A DNA stretch of 24,000 nucleotides, from the NCBI GenBank assembly GCA_041641305.1, contig JBEPYN010000001.1, positions 694,370 to 718,369 on the forward strand, written 5' to 3'. This DNA is from Nitrososphaerota archaeon (GTDB lineage Archaea; Thermoproteota; Nitrososphaeria_A; Caldarchaeales; Caldarchaeaceae). Positions 15,809 through 23,660 of the stretch are shown one piece after another; the first letter of the stretch is position 1, and each line of letters begins with the position of its first letter. Under the pieces are notes generated by a model. The model was not told the DNA's origin. It worked only from the letters and a program-made list of their open reading frames with translations, and searched no databases. Position numbers and translations under genes: made by a program.

Positions 15809-15970
15809 TTAGCGCTTTATCTCCCGCCGTTTCCACCGCAGGTTGTAGCTTCTGCATTTTCGGCATTTGACGGCTGTTTTGGCGTTTCGGGCGCCGCAGT
15901 CTCTGCAGATTTTGATGAGTAGGCGTCGGCTCTGGGCCAGCTGTAGCAGTGCAGGGTCTCTGATGGGCAT
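15809..15970 (-). CDS. rpl40e: Ribosomal protein L40e
   Basis: Manual translation: MPIRDPALLQLAQSRRLLIKICRDCGARNAKTAVKCRKCRSYNLRWKRREIKR*. CRDCGARN..AxKCRKCRS.NLR.KRRE is diagnostic of archaeal L40e. A TATA-like CCTATAAATAGG (minus strand) lies about 28 nt upstream. Missed by the ORF track because of its length. Confidence 0.93.
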   Translation of the reverse strand: MPIRDPALLQLAQSRRLLIKICRDCGARNAKTAVKCRKCRSYNLRWKRREIKR

Positions 15971-16067
15971 GGCGGTGTTTGAATGTTTTCACACCTATTT
16001 ATAGGCTGTCTCTTGATAACTATTTATTTCACATGGTTTCCTTAATTGAGCGCAGAGGATGGTGGAT

Positions 16068-16352
16068 ATGGCTGAGAAACAGATTACTCCAACGGTTTTG
16101 GTTGGGAAGAAGCCTGCGATGAGCTATGTGCTGGCGTGTCTGACGGGTTTCCAGAGCGGTGCGAAGGAGATTGTCGTCAAGGCCCGTGGCAGAGCTATTA
16201 GCAGAGCCGTCGACGTCGTGCAGATTGTGAAGAACAGGTTTCTGCAGGGGGTTAACATCAAAGACATACGCATCGGCACCGAGCAGATAACCGATGAGCA
16301 GAACCGGACACTCAACGTAAGCACCATAGAGATTGTGCTGAGCTCGTCCTGA
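16068..16352 (+). CDS. albA: Alba chromatin/RNA-binding protein
   Basis: [63 protein letters not shown]. The ORF track starts at 16059 (MVD); ATG 16068 is the alternative conventional start. Confidence 0.95.
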   Translation: MAEKQITPTVLVGKKPAMSYVLACLTGFQSGAKEIVVKARGRAISRAVDVVQIVKNRFLQGVNIKDIRIGTEQITDEQNRTLNVSTIEIVLSSS

Positions 16353-16373
16353 GGGGCAGTCTGATGCCCCACG

Positions 16374-16916
16374 GTGCCTGCGTTGGAGTTTCCGGTATGC
16401 GTCTTCGACCTAAAAACCGGTGTCCTATGCAGCAAGTGTGAGCAGAAAATCCGCCGAGGAGAGCTAACGTCAAACGACCTCGAGATTATGCGTTTTTTTC
16501 TCGACCTTGAAAAAAAATATCCCCAGATTTCTTCTCTGAAATATTTTAGAAGCCTTATGGCTGATGGTTATTTGTTTGTGTTTTTTGAGCGGGGGTTTTC
16601 GGGGCTTCCCGCCGATGTGCAAGCGGCTTTGAGGAATGAGCTTGGTCTCAGGACAGGGTTGCGTGTTAAGCTGATGGATGTTAGCAGGGATTTGAATGTG
16701 TTTCTGCAGAACCTTGTTGCGCCGGCGCGTCTCTTGACGATTAACAAGGTTTGGCTCCCTGACCAGACGACTGAGGTGAAGGCGGTTGTCGATGATGAGA
16801 GGGCTGTGGGTGTCCCCGCTAATGTGCTCGCAGATGTTGTTCACATGATTCTCAACGTGTCTGTTAGTTTTGAGTTTCAGCGGAGGACGAGGGCGCCTCC
16901 GCGGTTTGGACGGTGA
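16374..16916 (+). CDS. NusA-like protein with N-terminal zinc-binding motif and degenerate KH region
   Basis: PVCVFDLKTGVLCSKCEQKIRRGELTSNDLEIMRFFLDLEKKYP followed by a KH-like segment. Starts with GTG and lies just upstream of and overlapping aspS. Confidence 0.65.
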   Translation: MPALEFPVCVFDLKTGVLCSKCEQKIRRGELTSNDLEIMRFFLDLEKKYPQISSLKYFRSLMADGYLFVFFERGFSGLPADVQAALRNELGLRTGLRVKLMDVSRDLNVFLQNLVAPARLLTINKVWLPDQTTEVKAVVDDERAVGVPANVLADVVHMILNVSVSFEFQRRTRAPPRFGR

Positions 16917-18244
16917 CTGGGTTGCTGGATGAAAGTGTGCGTATGGCTTTGCGTAGCCGTGTCATGGCGAGGGATGTGAAGCCCGAGCTGGATGGCAGAG
17001 GTGTCAACCTTTTCGGATGGGTTCATGAGATACGCGATCTTGGAAAGCTTGTCTTCATACTTCTCCGCGACGTGTCGGGAATTTGTCAGGTTGTCTTCAG
17101 GATGGAGGAGGTTGAGCAAAGTGTTAGAGACGCTGTGAAGGGGTTGACCAACGAGTCCGCTATTTTTGTTGAGGGTGTTGTGGTGAAGCAGCCGCGGTCG
17201 AAGCTCGGTGTCGAGGTTGTTGGAAAGAGGCTGACTGTTTTGGGCCGTGCGGTGCCCAAGCTTGAGCTCGACCCTACCGGGAAGGTTCCAGCGGGACTGG
17301 ATGCAAGGCTCCGTCACAGGATTCTCGACCTCAGGAGACCCGAGGTCAGAGCTGTCTTCCTCTTGGGCAGCGAAGTCCTCAAGGCCATGAGGGATTTCTT
17401 CCACATGAAAGGCTTTGTGGAGGTGCGGACGCCGAAGTTAATCGGCTCAGCGACCGAGGGCGGGGCCGAGCTTTTCGAGGTGAAGTATTTTGACAGGGCC
17501 GCTTACCTCGCCCAGAGTCCTCAGCTCTACAAGGAGCAGCTTACAACAGTTTTCGAGAAAGTCTGCGAGATAGGGCCCTATTTCCGGGCGGAAGCCTCGC
17601 ACACAGGAAGGCACATCAGCGAATTCACCTCGGTCGACATCGAGCAAGCCTTCGCAGACATGTATGATGTGATGGATGTTCTCGAGGAGCTTGTCGTCCA
17701 CGTCCATAGACACCTTGTCGAGAACAATCAGCATCTTTTGCAGATGCTTGGGGTGAACCTGCGTGTTCCGAAAAGGCCTTTCAAACGTTTCACCTACGAC
17801 GAGGCTTTGGAAATTCTCCGGAGCGAGGGGGTTGAACTGCGGTGGGGCGAGGACTTCGGCACACCCCACCTACGGATACTCGGCAAAAAATACACCACCT
17901 ACTACTTCATCACACATTTTCCAACCGAGTCCAAGCCCTTCTACATACAGGAAACAGAGAAAGACCCGAAGGTTTCCGAGTCATTTGACCTCATGTATCA
18001 GTGGCTTGAGCTGGCCTCGGGCGGGACACGTGTATCGGACCATGATGTGCTTGAGCGGAAGCTTCGGGAGAAGGGGCTTAACCCTGCTATGTTCGAGGAT
18101 CATTTGAAGGTGTTTAGGTATGGGATGCCTGTTCACGCTGGATGGGGGCTCGGGTTTGAAAGATTTTTGATGGTGTTGACGCGGCGGACAAACATCCGGG
18201 AGACTGTGTTGTTTCCACGTGACAGGTTCAGGCTTACACCGTAG
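16913..18244 (+). CDS. aspS: Aspartyl-tRNA synthetase (archaeal/eukaryotic type)
   Basis: GWVHEIRDLGKLVFILLRD anticodon-binding OB fold, LRHRILDLRRPEVRAVF, GSATEGGAELFEVKYFDRAAYLAQSPQLYKEQ, FRAEASHTGRHISEFTSVDIE, and motif 3 GWGLGFERFLMVLT. Confidence 0.96.
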   Translation: MTGLLDESVRMALRSRVMARDVKPELDGRGVNLFGWVHEIRDLGKLVFILLRDVSGICQVVFRMEEVEQSVRDAVKGLTNESAIFVEGVVVKQPRSKLGVEVVGKRLTVLGRAVPKLELDPTGKVPAGLDARLRHRILDLRRPEVRAVFLLGSEVLKAMRDFFHMKGFVEVRTPKLIGSATEGGAELFEVKYFDRAAYLAQSPQLYKEQLTTVFEKVCEIGPYFRAEASHTGRHISEFTSVDIEQAFADMYDVMDVLEELVVHVHRHLVENNQHLLQMLGVNLRVPKRPFKRFTYDEALEILRSEGVELRWGEDFGTPHLRILGKKYTTYYFITHFPTESKPFYIQETEKDPKVSESFDLMYQWLELASGGTRVSDHDVLERKLREKGLNPAMFEDHLKVFRYGMPVHAGWGLGFERFLMVLTRRTNIRETVLFPRDRFRLTP

Positions 18245-18707
18245 TCGCCGCGGGCCTGCTGTAGCGTCGCATGTGATAGATTAGCGGCTGATCCTCCGAG
18301 AAAAGTTTTACCTGTTTCACCCGCCCCATGATGATCAAGTGTGTTGAGCAGTCGACTTGGCCGCTGACCTCGCAGAAGAGCACGCCCAACACATCCTGCA
18401 GCACAGGAAAACCATCCTCAAGCACATACTTCACCCTCGAGAACCGCTCCTCATGCGGAGTGTATGCAAACACATCAGAGACCCAGCCCTGTTTCTCCGA
18501 GAGAAGGTTAACGCAGAAACGCCCCGATTTGAGAACACTTAAACATGTCTTGGTGGTTTTCTCCAAAGAGATGAGAACAGTAGGAGGCTCAAGCGAAACG
18601 GATGTGAAGGAGCTAACGGTCATCCCATGCGGCCGCCCCTCATAAAAAGTGGTGACAACCGTGACAGGCTGGGGAACACGCCTCATAAACTCCCTTAAAT
18701 CGGTCAT
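18234..18707 (-). CDS. Flavin reductase-like domain protein
   Basis: MRRVPQPVTVVTTFYEGRPHGMTVSSFTSVSLEPPTVLISLEKTTKTCLSVLKSGRFCVNLLSEKQ is typical of the flavin reductase/FMN-binding split-barrel family. Start moved from 18812 to ATG 18707. Confidence 0.88.
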   Translation of the reverse strand: MTDLREFMRRVPQPVTVVTTFYEGRPHGMTVSSFTSVSLEPPTVLISLEKTTKTCLSVLKSGRFCVNLLSEKQGWVSDVFAYTPHEERFSRVKYVLEDGFPVLQDVLGVLFCEVSGQVDCSTHLIIMGRVKQVKLFSEDQPLIYHMRRYSRPAATTV

Positions 18708-18751
18708 CTCCGCCAACCCAAGTGCACATTCTGGTTTTAACTCTGTTGGTC

Positions 18752-19255
18752 TTACTCTTTGACGGTGAACATGGTGTGTGTGGAGGTCATGTTTACCTCG
18801 GTTAGCAGCCATAACCGCTTGAACACGCGGTTGAAGAAATCATCACGCGCAACCTCGTCAACGCTAACAACCACATCCCACATGCCGAACAGCTCATGGG
18901 CCTCGAGAACCTCGTCGATGGACATGAGATATTTTTCCCAGAGCTTGGGTGCGGAGGGCCTCCTCATCTTAATGAAGATGTATGCGCATTTACGTTTGGA
19001 GCTGGCCCCCTCTTTCTCAAATGAGAGGCCGCCTTCGTTAACTATGAGAGAGTTTGTGTCCACTACGCCATATCCACGCATAGCGTCCAAGACGCTGTTA
19101 AGGTGTTTGAGCGACTCGACGTTGACTTTGCTCATTACGTCATAGGGGCCCCAGATTAGGTATGATTCCTCCACGTTCTTGTCGGACCTTATGGCTTGGA
19201 GTGTCTCGATTAGGCCGCTTCGGCTGCCGACTGTGCCGAGAACAAACGCTTTCAC
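18752..19255 (-). CDS. Lrp/AsnC ligand-binding (RAM) domain protein, apparently tandem and without HTH
   Basis: Two RAM-like repeats: KAFVLGTVGSRSGLIETLQAIRSDKNVEESYLIWGPYDVMSKVNVES and CAYIFIKMRR..LWEKYLMSIDEVLEAHELFGMWDVVVSVDEV. No recognisable HTH. Confidence 0.65.
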   Translation of the reverse strand: MKAFVLGTVGSRSGLIETLQAIRSDKNVEESYLIWGPYDVMSKVNVESLKHLNSVLDAMRGYGVVDTNSLIVNEGGLSFEKEGASSKRKCAYIFIKMRRPSAPKLWEKYLMSIDEVLEAHELFGMWDVVVSVDEVARDDFFNRVFKRLWLLTEVNMTSTHTMFTVKE

Positions 19256-19290
19256 GTTTCTCTACAACATAGCAGGGTATTTTAGCTTTG

Positions 19291-20181
19291 TTAAACCGTT
19301 TCCCAAGCATATGCCGCGGCGCCCAGAAGAGCCGCGTCCTGCCCAAGTGAGGAGAGCTGCATCTCTGTCCTAAGCAGCTGATACTTTTTCATGATTTTTT
19401 GGGGTCTTTCAACGGTTTCGCGTGGATGGCTTAGGGCGAGGCCTCCGCCGACCACGAGAACCTCTGGGTCGAATGTGTTGATGACGGATGCGTAGCCCGC
19501 CGCGTTGTATTCCGCCATCTTCGCCACAACTTTTCTCGCTCTAGTGTCTCTTGGCAAACTTTCAAAAATCTCCCAAGAGGTTTTCCACAGCCTTTTTCCG
19601 AGCATCTGGGCTGCTAGCTTGGGCAACCCTGTTCCGGCGCAGAATGCCTCCCAGTGGCCTGTTCCGCCGCAGCCGCATCTAACCCGTGAATTCGCGTCCA
19701 CAACTATGTGGCCTATCTCGACTGCGTTTCCGTCTTTCCCGAGCAGCAGATGGTTGTCGACAACAGCTCCTCCTCCAAGACCAGTCCCAAAAGCTATGTA
19801 GACAAGGTTTTCAACCCTCTTCTCTACGCCGAAAACCTTCTCACCCCACGCGGCGGCGGTGCAATCATTTAACAGAGCAAACGGGCCCCTGTGAACACTC
19901 TCAATTATCTCTTTCAGGTTTATGCTGAGACCTCCGAGGTTCGGAGTGTTCAGGACGAGCCCTCTTTTGATCGATAACGGGCCTATGGAAGCTATTCCAA
20001 GGGGTGCTTTTGCTGAGACACCCGTCTGCCGCAGTATGCGGAAGCCTTGCCTAAACATTCCTTTGATGGCTGGAATTGTTTTAGGCGTTGTTGTAACTAT
20101 TTTGCGGCGGATTTTTCCCGAAGGCGTCACGACAGCGAAGCGTGTGTAGGTGGCGCCGAAGTCTACAGCGACTATGTCCAT
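19291..20181 (-). CDS. ROK family sugar kinase (glucokinase-like)
   Basis: VAVDFGATYTRFAVVTPSG, LNDCTAAAWGE, YIAFGTGLGGGAVVDN, GHIVVDANSRVRCGCGGTGHWEAFCAG and LVVGGGLA. Confidence 0.9.
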   Translation of the reverse strand: MDIVAVDFGATYTRFAVVTPSGKIRRKIVTTTPKTIPAIKGMFRQGFRILRQTGVSAKAPLGIASIGPLSIKRGLVLNTPNLGGLSINLKEIIESVHRGPFALLNDCTAAAWGEKVFGVEKRVENLVYIAFGTGLGGGAVVDNHLLLGKDGNAVEIGHIVVDANSRVRCGCGGTGHWEAFCAGTGLPKLAAQMLGKRLWKTSWEIFESLPRDTRARKVVAKMAEYNAAGYASVINTFDPEVLVVGGGLALSHPRETVERPQKIMKKYQLLRTEMQLSSLGQDAALLGAAAYAWETV

Positions 20182-21557
20182 GGGACGTCGATGTATTTCC
20201 CTGGGTTAAGTATGTTGTCGGGGTCGAAGACTTTTTTGATTTTCTGCATCAGCCTGAGTGTTTCGACGCCGTTGTGCGCCTCGAGCTGCTGCACAAGCTC
20301 CCTCATCTTCTGAAGGCCGACGCCGTGTTCACCCGTTATTGTTCCACCCACCTCTATCGCGAAACGGACAAGATCCCTGACAGCCTGCTCAGCTCTCTGA
20401 ACTTCTTCAGGGTTGTCGGGGTCGTAGAATATCAGGGGATGTATGTTTCCGTCGCCCGCGTGGCCGTTCATCGAGATCGTCAAACCATGTTTTCTCGAAA
20501 GCTCCTGCACCTTCTCGAGATAGTCCACTATCCTGTCTATGGGTACGCAGACATCCTCCACCATCACCTCCTTGGCGACAGAGCGGATGGCGAGGTACAT
20601 CGTGGCCCTTATCTGGAGAAGCTGCTCAGCCTCCTCCTCTGTCTCAGCGACCTTCACCTCCTTCACGTGGTTTCTCTCGAGGATTTCGAGAACCTTTGGC
20701 AGCTCTTTCCCCGTTATCTCCTCAACATCTATCAGCAGCATCGCCTCACCAACTGGCAGGGATGTTCCATGCATCTTATTGGCTGCCTCAAGCCCTACTC
20801 TGTCAAAGAACTCAAGCATCCGTGGAACAACTCTGTTTGTACGTATGTCGATGATGGCTCTGCCCGCATCCCTCCAATCGTCAAACACGGCGTAAATCCT
20901 TCTTATGCTGAATTCGGACAGCGGCGCAATCTTGAGCCAAGCCTCGACGATCACGCCTAGGGTTCCCTCGCTGCCCACCATCAGTTGGCACAGGTTGTAG
21001 CCTGCCCTGTTCTTTGCAAGCGGCTCGCCGAAGACAACCACGTCACCTGAGGCGAGCACAACCTTGACGGCGAGCACCCAGTCTTTGACTGTTCCGTACT
21101 TGACGCAGCGGAGCCCTCCAGCCCCCTCTGCTACGGCGCCTCCCACGGTGCAGAGAAAACTGCTCGCGGGGTCGGGTGGGAAGAAGAAGCCATATTCCCT
21201 AAGCGTGTTGTTCAACTGCTCGAGAACAACCCCCGCCTCCACATGTGCATAGTAGTTTACCGTGTCCACCTTCAGTATACGTGTCATGGCTGACAAATCC
21301 AAGACCAGGCTGTCTGTCACAACTGCGCCGGTCAGGCTCGAGCCCGCGCCCCAAACCGTCAAAGGAATTTTCATGCGGCTACAGTATCTCAAAAGCTTAG
21401 ACACATCCTCTACACAGCTAGCTCTTACGACGATCTTGGGCCTCCGCGTGAACCCGCCCATGTCACGAGAATATTTTTCAACATTCTCCTCATCTGTGAA
21501 GACTTTATCGCCGCCGAGCAGGAGACGCAGCTCCTCCGCAACTTTTCCAAAATCCAT
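20172..21557 (-). CDS. FAD-linked oxidase (GlcD / D-lactate dehydrogenase-like)
   Basis: VWGAGSSLTGAVV, PPDPASSFLCTVGGAVAEGAGGLRCVKYGTVKDWVLAVKVVLASGDVV, MVGSEGTLGVIVEAWLKIAPL, NGHAGDGNIHPLIFYD and GGTITGEHGVGLQKM. Confidence 0.92.
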   Translation of the reverse strand: MDFGKVAEELRLLLGGDKVFTDEENVEKYSRDMGGFTRRPKIVVRASCVEDVSKLLRYCSRMKIPLTVWGAGSSLTGAVVTDSLVLDLSAMTRILKVDTVNYYAHVEAGVVLEQLNNTLREYGFFFPPDPASSFLCTVGGAVAEGAGGLRCVKYGTVKDWVLAVKVVLASGDVVVFGEPLAKNRAGYNLCQLMVGSEGTLGVIVEAWLKIAPLSEFSIRRIYAVFDDWRDAGRAIIDIRTNRVVPRMLEFFDRVGLEAANKMHGTSLPVGEAMLLIDVEEITGKELPKVLEILERNHVKEVKVAETEEEAEQLLQIRATMYLAIRSVAKEVMVEDVCVPIDRIVDYLEKVQELSRKHGLTISMNGHAGDGNIHPLIFYDPDNPEEVQRAEQAVRDLVRFAIEVGGTITGEHGVGLQKMRELVQQLEAHNGVETLRLMQKIKKVFDPDNILNPGKYIDVPWT

Positions 21558-21588
21558 GCCTCTACTGGTTCATCGTATTCTAAAAGGG

Positions 21589-22347
21589 TTATGCGAGGAT
21601 GAGCTGGATGATAGTGTCTTTGAGCTTGTTGAAGCTTGTTTCTTCCTGTTTTTCTTTGTATTGTTTTAGGTGGGTTAGCAGGGTTGGGTCGTTTTTTCTT
21701 TCTCGGAGTATTGTGCGGATGAGGTAGGATGTGAAGGATGTGACGTTTCTCGGTTTTCTCTGCTGGGAGCTGTGGCTGAAGTCGATGATTGTTGCTTTTC
21801 CACGGGGTGAGATGATGACGTGGTCGGAGGAGTTTGAGAGCTGGCCATGGTCGAGATGAATTTTGTCGAGTAGATGTGCTTGGTCGAGAATCTTCCCCAC
21901 TATCTCGGCTATTTCTGCGCGGTTGTTTGCTTTGATGAATTGTGCCAGGGTCTCACCTTCGACATATTCCATGATGATGACGTGTTGGGAGTGGTTGAGA
22001 AGCCTCGGCCCCACATCGACCGTGTTGGCTTTCCCGAGATGCATCGCCTCCTGCACCACAGTCGGAACAGCTGCGTCAGTCCGCACCACCTTCACAGCGA
22101 CACATACATCATCCACGAGGCCGAGGAAAACCATGCCACGGCCGCCTTTCCCAAGCAAATAGGGCGCAAGCTTCCCAGACGACTCCGAAACCCCCACCGC
22201 AGCCACGCCCAGGATGTCAAGCTCCCGCAAAACCTCCAACACTCTATTCTCTTCCCCCGACGGGTAGGCGAACAAACTGAGGTCGACGCCTTTCTCTCTC
22301 AGCTGGTTGAGAGAGAGGAAATGTATGTTGCGATGTATTTGGGACAT
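21589..22347 (-). CDS. Putative atypical serine/threonine protein kinase-like protein
   Basis: Glycine-rich GKGGRGMVFLG, VCVAVKVVR, VIIMEYVEGETLAQFI, LDHGQLSNSSDHVIIS and KATIIDFSH match kinase subdomains, with a divergent catalytic loop. Confidence 0.75.
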   Translation of the reverse strand: MSQIHRNIHFLSLNQLREKGVDLSLFAYPSGEENRVLEVLRELDILGVAAVGVSESSGKLAPYLLGKGGRGMVFLGLVDDVCVAVKVVRTDAAVPTVVQEAMHLGKANTVDVGPRLLNHSQHVIIMEYVEGETLAQFIKANNRAEIAEIVGKILDQAHLLDKIHLDHGQLSNSSDHVIISPRGKATIIDFSHSSQQRKPRNVTSFTSYLIRTILRERKNDPTLLTHLKQYKEKQEETSFNKLKDTIIQLILA

Positions 22348-23660
22348 GTTCTCACAAACTCTTTGAGGAAATGTTTTCCCTCGCCCGTGAGCGTCTCCAT
22401 GAGGCTAGCTATGTTTGTGTAGGTTTTCGCGTTTCTCAGATGGGGTTGGAGATGTTTGGAGACGGACGCCTGGCCCGATTGTATGAGATGCTGGAGGGCC
22501 TCAGCCGCGTCGCGGTGCCTCCTCCTCAACAGCGAATACAGCCTGTCTCCAGACACCCATGGAGGAGCCAACAACATTTTCTTAAGCATCTGCTCAGCGA
22601 TGAACCGTTCAGCGTTGCCGCTCCACACAGGAGGACCCCTATGCAACACAACAGGTGGAAGAATGTTTGTCTCAAGCTCGAAGACCATGACACCTGTTTT
22701 TTCCTCGGCCCATCTATCGTATCTCAGCACGGTGAAGCCGAGGCCGTTGAGGCCGCGGGCCAATCCTTCGACGGTGTGGTTAAGCTCTCCCCAGAGAACG
22801 TCGGGCGGCTGCTCAGGCACGGAGAAGACGAGGCCCAGAAAACTCCGTTCCTCGACAACATCTTCCAAGCCTGTGTCGCCGACGAAATAGTCTTCGCTGG
22901 GTTTTGTGAGGAAGAGTTTGGATTTGAGGATGAAGTTTGACAGGGTTGTGAGGGAGATTGCTGCGGCTGTGTTGCGGCTTGGGTCGACTGGGTCGGGTAA
23001 ATGAAGCACGGTGTCTGGGGCTGGTTTGCCTTCGCCAAGCACCACAGGAGGCCTCCACTTTGAAGCAGCCTGAAGAAGCGAGGTGAAGGAGCCGAACCTG
23101 ATTATCAAAAGTTCGCAGACGTATCCGCTGAAGCCTCTTGTCTTCAACTCGGCGCCGTAGAGGTTGTCGTTCATGAGGAAGGCTTTGAGGAGACGGACAT
23201 GGTCAGCGCCGCCGGGTGGAAGGTTTTTCTTCACATAGGCTGTGTGGTAGGGTGTGCGGTCGACTGGTGTAATCCATCTCCCATACTCGGCGTCATAGCA
23301 TGGAACGATGTTGACACGTATGCCGTCCACAAACCCTTCCACGTAGGGGTGGCTCGCATACCGAAGCCGATAAGCGCCACCAACCCCGACAACGGCCTTC
23401 ACACCCTCTTCGACGACGCGGCGGCAGGCCTCATCGACGGGAAACCCTGGCCTAAAATGGATGAAGATGTCGCTCTCCTCCCTGCCGCGGACCATCGTCC
23501 CCTTCGCGAAAGAACCCTCAACAGAGACAAGGCCCCTGCCGAAAACATCCTCAAGCCGCTGAACCAAACGTGATGTAACATCCTCGGTCTTCTCAAGCGT
23601 TTCTTGCAAGGGCCTGAGCTGCTCAACCACACGCCGAAGCACGTCCTCAACAGCTGTCAA
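22299..23660 (-). CDS. cca: Archaeal CCA-adding enzyme (tRNA nucleotidyltransferase, class I)
   Basis: VEGSFAKGTMVRGREESDIFIHF (nucleotidyltransferase motif with E-x-D), EGFVDGIRVNIVPCYD, DRTPYHTAYVKKNL, HVRLLKAFLMNDNLYGAELKTRGFSGYVCELLII. Confidence 0.94.
   Translation of the reverse strand: MTAVEDVLRRVVEQLRPLQETLEKTEDVTSRLVQRLEDVFGRGLVSVEGSFAKGTMVRGREESDIFIHFRPGFPVDEACRRVVEEGVKAVVGVGGAYRLRYASHPYVEGFVDGIRVNIVPCYDAEYGRWITPVDRTPYHTAYVKKNLPPGGADHVRLLKAFLMNDNLYGAELKTRGFSGYVCELLIIRFGSFTSLLQAASKWRPPVVLGEGKPAPDTVLHLPDPVDPSRNTAAAISLTTLSNFILKSKLFLTKPSEDYFVGDTGLEDVVEERSFLGLVFSVPEQPPDVLWGELNHTVEGLARGLNGLGFTVLRYDRWAEEKTGVMVFELETNILPPVVLHRGPPVWSGNAERFIAEQMLKKMLLAPPWVSGDRLYSLLRRRHRDAAEALQHLIQSGQASVSKHLQPHLRNAKTYTNIASLMETLTGEGKHFLKEFVRTCPKYIATYISSLSTS

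Noticed and set aside
16877-17404. 175-aa minus-strand ORF opposite aspS
   Set aside because: Fully antisense to conserved AspRS catalytic-domain codons, with no domain motif.
19140-19346. 68-aa ORF on the minus strand between the ROK kinase and the RAM protein
   Set aside because: Overlaps the start of the RAM-domain gene and the end of the ROK kinase; Arg/Pro-rich with no conserved motif.
20172-21557. Possibility that the FAD-linked oxidase is part of a full GlcDEF operon
   Set aside because: Neighbouring genes are a ROK kinase and a kinase-like protein. No GlcE or Fe-S GlcF partner is in the window, so no operon claim is made.
22724-23058. Minus-strand alternate-frame ORFs inside cca (22724-23038, 22813-23058)
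   Set aside because: Composition typical of out-of-frame translation (Gln/Pro/Ser- and His/Arg-rich); cca is strongly supported in the main frame.
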